A stretch of DNA of 20,790 nt, from positions 1-20,790 of the forward strand of contig JANPLN010000056.1 of assembly GCA_031426555.1 (NCBI GenBank), in the 5' to 3' direction. Positions 16,490 through 20,790 of this stretch are shown one piece after another. Source of the stretch: Bdellovibrionales bacterium (GTDB taxonomy: Bacteria > Bdellovibrionota > Bdellovibrionia > Bdellovibrionales > JAGQZY01). A model generated the notes under the pieces. That model had not been told where the DNA came from and did not search any database. It saw nothing but the letters and a program-made list of their open reading frames with translations. A program made the translations under genes and the position numbers. The stretch's first letter is position 1; every line of letters starts with the position of its first letter.

Positions 16490-17149
16490 TTACTGTGAGA
16501 CAGTAATGTTGTTCTCAACCGACACCACACCTGGAGCCATCCATGCGGCATGTCTTGCATCATCAAACTCGGAAATTGAGTGAACATTGCCACTCAAAAT
16601 GACTTTATTACCACTCATCGTCACTTTGATTTTACGCCCTTCGGCCTCGGCCGAACGCTTCAAGGCCTGTTCGATACGGGCTTTCACATCGCTTGGCTGG
16701 GTTTGAGAGCGTATTGTAATATTGTTTGAAACTCCACGTACGCACATAAGATCACTCACCGTGTCCCTTGCTGAATTTCTTTGATAGTCCCAATCCACTT
16801 CGCCAGAGAGATTGACCCAGCCTTTGTCCACCGAAATTTTAAGATCTCCAGGAATGGAATAGTTCCACTTAAACGCACTGACGGCTGCCTGCGCAATTTC
16901 TTCATCGGACTTGTCGAATATTCCTTTAACTTCAAGATCATCTGCCACGGCCTTCACTCCGCCGACTCTTTGCGCGGCTTGCTCAGCATTTCGTTTCTCC
17001 ATGTAATGCGGGACTGTTCCGGTGAGCGTAACGATACCGTCCTTTGCTCGCACTTTTATGTTCGCAGAGTCCAGTCTTTGATCCCACGTCAACTCGTTGA
17101 TGACATCGTCTCTAATCTGCTCATCTGATTTATCAAAAAAATTGAACAT
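16490..17149 (-). CDS. Triple BON-domain protein (OsmY-like, no signal peptide)
   Basis: AGGAGA RBS before ATG 17149. Three BON repeats: 'KSDEQI..GIVTLTGTV..GVKAVADDL', 'KSDEEI..GWVNLSGEV..' and '..KVILSGNV..PGVVSVENNI'. Confidence 0.92.
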   Translation of the reverse strand: MFNFFDKSDEQIRDDVINELTWDQRLDSANIKVRAKDGIVTLTGTVPHYMEKRNAEQAAQRVGGVKAVADDLEVKGIFDKSDEEIAQAAVSAFKWNYSIPGDLKISVDKGWVNLSGEVDWDYQRNSARDTVSDLMCVRGVSNNITIRSQTQPSDVKARIEQALKRSAEAEGRKIKVTMSGNKVILSGNVHSISEFDDARHAAWMAPGVVSVENNITVSQ

Positions 17150-17191
17150 TATTATCTCCTTGTTGGTTGTTGATTTACATAACAAGGAATG

Positions 17192-17207
17192 TGCAAAACT
17201 GGTGCCC
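17192..17207 (-). promoter_or_regulatory. Sigma54 promoter for the BON gene
   Basis: Minus strand GGGCAC-CAGTT-TTGCA with exact -24/-12 spacing. Confidence 0.7.
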
Positions 17208-17320
17208 GCTGTACCACGTCCTCCATCGAATAGCCAAAAAATGCGAGTGAATTATGCCCATTAAAAAATAAAAAGTTCGGAATCTCCTCAGCGATGGGCT
17301 TAGGAAATTAAAAAAGAAGT

Positions 17321-17334
17321 TTGTTCACGATCAA
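17321..17334. promoter_or_regulatory. FNR/FixK-like box
   Basis: TTGTT-CACG-ATCAA is a 9/10 match to TTGAT-N4-ATCAA, in the divergent BON/cls intergenic region. Confidence 0.45.
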
Positions 17335-17459
17335 ACTATTTACCTAAAAACTTATATTCACAAACGCAAACTCGAAATCGTTAACAAGGCTGTACTGCAC
17401 TCATCGGCTAAGAACAGGTGAAAAGAGACTTTTATTGAAAGTTCTGATACCTTGAGATC

Positions 17460-18566
17460 ATGGAATACGTGCGGAAGTTCGAAAAACTTTATTTCAACAG
17501 CGATACGTTTTTTACGGATTTGTTCGAATCTATCGCCCAAGCCCAATATAGTGTTGATTTAGAAAGTTACATCTACGAAGACGACGAGTTTGGTGACGAG
17601 CTAGACCATATTCTTCTGGCAGCCGTTAGAAGGGGAATTCATGTGCGTATCTTGGTGGATGGCTTGGGGGCTCGGGTTTGGATTGGAAAGAAGGCTCCGC
17701 AGCTTATCAAACAAGGCGTGCAAATCCGTGTCTGGCGCCCGATCATTTGGGCGAAGTTCACGTGGGGATTTTTCGCCTACCTGAATCGTCGCAAGCACCG
17801 TAAATCTTGCGTGATCGATAAAAATCTGGCTTATGTTGGAAGCCAAAATATTTCTAAAATTCACCTTCAAAGATTCTCAGGCGATCAAGCTTGGCGCGAT
17901 ACAGGGATTGCAATTCGCGGCGCTGGGATAGACGGTCTGAATAAAACTTTTGATGAAGTTTGGCATCTTAGTCACAATTTTAACCAATTGACCGGCAGGG
18001 TCCGCCTTAGAACGCCAAAAGCTTTCGCACAAAATCTTATACTTTTGACGACGCATTTTTCTCGTCGTCGGCCAAAACATGAAGTCATCTTGCGAATTCA
18101 AAAAGCAGAAAATAGAATTTTAATCACCAACGCTTATCTTACGCCACCGCGCCGCCTTTTGTTCGCCCTGCTTGAAGCCAGAGCTCGCGGAGTGGATATC
18201 CGCCTTCTCTTGCCTTCGGTATCTGACTTGCTATTTATGAAATGGATCGCTACCAGCTACTACTATATCCTTTTAAAAAGTGGAATTCAGATCTATGAAT
18301 ACAAGCAAAGTTTTCTGCATGCTAAAACAATTATCGTTGATGACTGGGCCATTGTTGGATCATCAAACTTCAACACCCGAAGTTTTAGTCGAGACATGGA
18401 GCTTGATATTGTTTTATCTAGCTCCCATTTGCGCCAAGAGTTAGCCATGCAGTTCGCCGAAGACCTCAAATACGCTCGCGAAATCCGGCTCGAGGACCTC
18501 ACGGTTTTGACAATGAGTCGATGGCTAGGTCGAATCTTTGCACATGTGTTAAGGTGGGGCCTATGA
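17460..18566 (+). CDS. clsB: Cardiolipin synthase B-like phospholipase D
   Basis: Two HKD motifs (HRKSCVID, HAKTIIVD), WRDT and GSSNF; no N-terminal TM domain; adjacent to a ybhP-like gene. Confidence 0.82.
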   Translation: MEYVRKFEKLYFNSDTFFTDLFESIAQAQYSVDLESYIYEDDEFGDELDHILLAAVRRGIHVRILVDGLGARVWIGKKAPQLIKQGVQIRVWRPIIWAKFTWGFFAYLNRRKHRKSCVIDKNLAYVGSQNISKIHLQRFSGDQAWRDTGIAIRGAGIDGLNKTFDEVWHLSHNFNQLTGRVRLRTPKAFAQNLILLTTHFSRRRPKHEVILRIQKAENRILITNAYLTPPRRLLFALLEARARGVDIRLLLPSVSDLLFMKWIATSYYYILLKSGIQIYEYKQSFLHAKTIIVDDWAIVGSSNFNTRSFSRDMELDIVLSSSHLRQELAMQFAEDLKYAREIRLEDLTVLTMSRWLGRIFAHVLRWGL

Positions 18567-19324
18567 CATTAAAAGTTATGTCCTACAACATTCACAAAGG
18601 CTTTACGATGGGCCAACGTTTCATTCTGAATCAAATTCGCGAGGCGATGAGCAAAACCCATGCTGATTTAGTTTTTTTACAAGAAGTTTTGGGCGAGCAC
18701 AAAACACATCGAAAGAACGGCGAGACTTTGCCTTCGGAAGCGCAGTTTGAATTTTTGGCAGATTCAGTTTGGGAACACTTCGCTTACGGTAAAAATGCAG
18801 TTTATCGTGACGGCCACCACGGTAATGCCATCCTCAGCAAACGGCCTATCGTTCATTGGGATAATATTGATATCAGCACCAATCGTTTGGAAAGACGGGG
18901 TATGCTGCACGCGACTATTGATTTTTCGACTGAATTTCCGAGCGAATTTCCGAACGGTCCGCACCTTCACGCCATTTGTGTTCATTTAAATCTATTTCAG
19001 AAAAGTCGGGTCAAACAAGTCGACTTACTATGTCAGCGCATTGAAGCCCATGTGCCTCGCGATGCACCTTTGATCATCGCTGGGGACTTCAATGATTGGA
19101 AACAGGTGGTTTCTGACACCCTGGAATCAAGGTTGGGCATGAAAGAAGTGTTTCTACAAAAAACGGGAGCGCACGCCCGCAGTTTTCCAAGCTGGCTTCC
19201 GGCGCTGCAGTTAGACCGCATTTACTGCCGAGGATTTACAATTCAAAAAGCAAAGCTCTTGGCTGGCGCTCCCTGGAACCGACTATCCGATCACCTTGCT
19301 CTGTATGCAGAACTTGAAATTTGA
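18563..19324 (+). CDS. ybhP: Endonuclease/exonuclease/phosphatase family protein (YbhP-like)
   Basis: ATGA overlap with the cls stop. Motifs SYNIHKG, LQEV, QFEFLADSVW, HHGNAILS, AGDFNDW, LDRIY and SDHL. Confidence 0.85.
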   Translation: MTLKVMSYNIHKGFTMGQRFILNQIREAMSKTHADLVFLQEVLGEHKTHRKNGETLPSEAQFEFLADSVWEHFAYGKNAVYRDGHHGNAILSKRPIVHWDNIDISTNRLERRGMLHATIDFSTEFPSEFPNGPHLHAICVHLNLFQKSRVKQVDLLCQRIEAHVPRDAPLIIAGDFNDWKQVVSDTLESRLGMKEVFLQKTGAHARSFPSWLPALQLDRIYCRGFTIQKAKLLAGAPWNRLSDHLALYAELEI

Positions 19325-19495
19325 ACGCTTAGAACAGAAAAAAATAAACTGAAGTACAGTTGATGGGTAGAATGTTCTCACAACGAGAAGTCTTTGAACC
19401 CCTAACCTCGCGAAGACTCACCAACTCGTCCGAGACAATGGGTTGGATCTTGCACGGTACCTTAGTTGACAATCTAATCCGCACCAAAGGACCTT

Positions 19496-20137
19496 ATGGA
19501 CACCGTAATATTAGGCCCACCGCGCTTAAACGAACCCGCACCCAATTTTGAAGTCAAGACAACACACGGAAAGCGAAAGCTTGCAGATTACAAAGGTAAA
19601 TGGTTGATTCTATTTTCCCACCCGGGTGATTTTACACCTGTTTGCACAACTGAGTTCATTGCATTCGCAAAGGCTTATCCCGAATTTCAAAAACTCAACT
19701 GTGATCTTTTAGGTTTGTCCATTGATAGCACGTTCTCTCACATCGCATGGGTTCGCAATATTAAGCAGAATTTTGAAATCGATATTCCGTTTCCTATCAT
19801 AGACGATGTATCGATGAAAGTCGCTCACGCCTATGGGATGATCCAGCCGGGAGCCAGCGATACATCTCCGGTGCGTTCGACTTTCTTTATCGACGAAAAA
19901 GGTACTTTGCGCGCCATGGTTTATTATCCAATGAGTAATGGTCGATCAATACGCGAATTTCTTCGCCTGCTGACGGCCATGCAAACCTCGGATAAAAATG
20001 GAGTTGCAACCCCAGAGGGCTGGCAGTTAGGTGATAAAGTCATCATTCCTCCTCCACAAACCGCGCAAGATGCAGAGAAAAGATCTGGCGAAGGATATGA
20101 ATACACCGACTGGTATTTCTCAAAGAAGGACTTATGA
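19496..20137 (+). CDS. Peroxiredoxin, Prx6 subfamily
   Basis: AAAGGA RBS; FSHPGDFTPVCTTEF active site; GRSIRE and ATPEGW motifs. Confidence 0.93.
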   Translation: MDTVILGPPRLNEPAPNFEVKTTHGKRKLADYKGKWLILFSHPGDFTPVCTTEFIAFAKAYPEFQKLNCDLLGLSIDSTFSHIAWVRNIKQNFEIDIPFPIIDDVSMKVAHAYGMIQPGASDTSPVRSTFFIDEKGTLRAMVYYPMSNGRSIREFLRLLTAMQTSDKNGVATPEGWQLGDKVIIPPPQTAQDAEKRSGEGYEYTDWYFSKKDL

Positions 20138-20790
20138 AAGCACTTGTATACCGCGGGCCCGGAAGAATAGCGCTCGAAGAAAAGCCAAAACCTGCAATTA
20201 AAGATACAACGGACGCTATTGTTAGAATCACCAAGACAACCATTTGCGGAACTGACCTCCATATCATGAAAGGCGACGTTCCCGCCGTCACCGAAGGACG
20301 AATACTAGGACACGAAGGCGTTGGCGTGATCGAACAAATTGGCGCTAGTGTTTCAAATTTTAAGGTAGGAGATGGTATTCTCATTTCCTGTATTTCATCC
20401 TGCGGTAGATGTGGAAACTGCAAAAAAGGAATGTATTCACACTGCACTAATGGAGGCGGGTGGGTTCTGGGAAATTTAATTGATGGAACCCAAGCTGAGT
20501 ACGTCAGAATACACTTTGCGGACAATAGTTTGTATCCTATTCCTCAGGGAGCCGATGAAGAGGCGCTTGTCATGTTGAGTGATATTTTACCTACTGGCTT
20601 TGAGTGCGGAGTTCTCAATGGCCAAGTCAAGCCTGGCGACACAGTGGCGATAGTTGGTGCCGGGCCAATTGGACTTGCGGCATTACTCACATCGCAGTTC
20701 TATTCGCCTGCTGAAATTATTATGATTGATGTTGATGATAATCGATTAGAAGTCGCAAAAGCTTTTGGTGCTACGAAAGTGATTAACAAC
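20134..20790 (+). CDS. Zinc-dependent alcohol dehydrogenase (MDR family), partial; runs off the right edge
   Basis: ATGA overlap with the prx stop. Manual translation gives MKALVYRGPG..ICGTDLH..GHEGVG..CGRCGNCKKGMYSHC..LSDILPTGFE..GAGPIG. Not in the ORF track. Confidence 0.95.
   Translation, partial: MKALVYRGPGRIALEEKPKPAIKDTTDAIVRITKTTICGTDLHIMKGDVPAVTEGRILGHEGVGVIEQIGASVSNFKVGDGILISCISSCGRCGNCKKGMYSHCTNGGGWVLGNLIDGTQAEYVRIHFADNSLYPIPQGADEEALVMLSDILPTGFECGVLNGQVKPGDTVAIVGAGPIGLAALLTSQFYSPAEIIMIDVDDNRLEVAKAFGATKVINN

Noticed and set aside
19455..19470. CGGTAC-CTTAG-TTGAC as a sigma54 promoter for prx
   Set aside because: The spacing fits but both boxes are degenerate (GA at -12), too weak to call.
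19924..20525. Minus-strand ORFs 19924..20262 and 20043..20525
   Set aside because: Antisense to the clearly recognisable peroxiredoxin and Zn-ADH genes.

Overview
Chromosomal window from a predatory Bdellovibrionota-like bacterium. The taxon is inferred from a mosaic adhesive-fibre gene, 'GFQ(N/D)C' lipoprotein signals and sigma28/sigma54 promoter usage. In order it contains: the 5' part of a phage-tail-fibre-like adhesin (minus strand, missed by the ORF track) with a FliA-type promoter; an MFS transporter; an SH3-like/M23 peptidase followed by a membrane-anchored partner; two small hypothetical genes; divergent tRNA nucleotidyltransferase and queG genes; an AP2-domain protein with a degenerate HNH region; and a Thr-rich lipoprotein. 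Next is a tandem pair of lipoprotein hydrolases (LpqC-type esterase and a TIM-barrel/GH-like protein). These share a duplicated ~145 bp module (remnant of an upstream gene's 3' end, palindromic operator, ECF-type promoter, RBS and start codon) and related signal peptides, and the GH-like gene is split from its C-terminal domain by an A9 tract. A large beta-propeller lipoprotein follows, then a stress/microoxia-type cluster (triple-BON, ClsB-like PLD, YbhP-like EEP, Prx6 peroxiredoxin, Zn-dependent ADH running off the 3' end). No rRNA, tRNA, CRISPR array or transposase was recognised.
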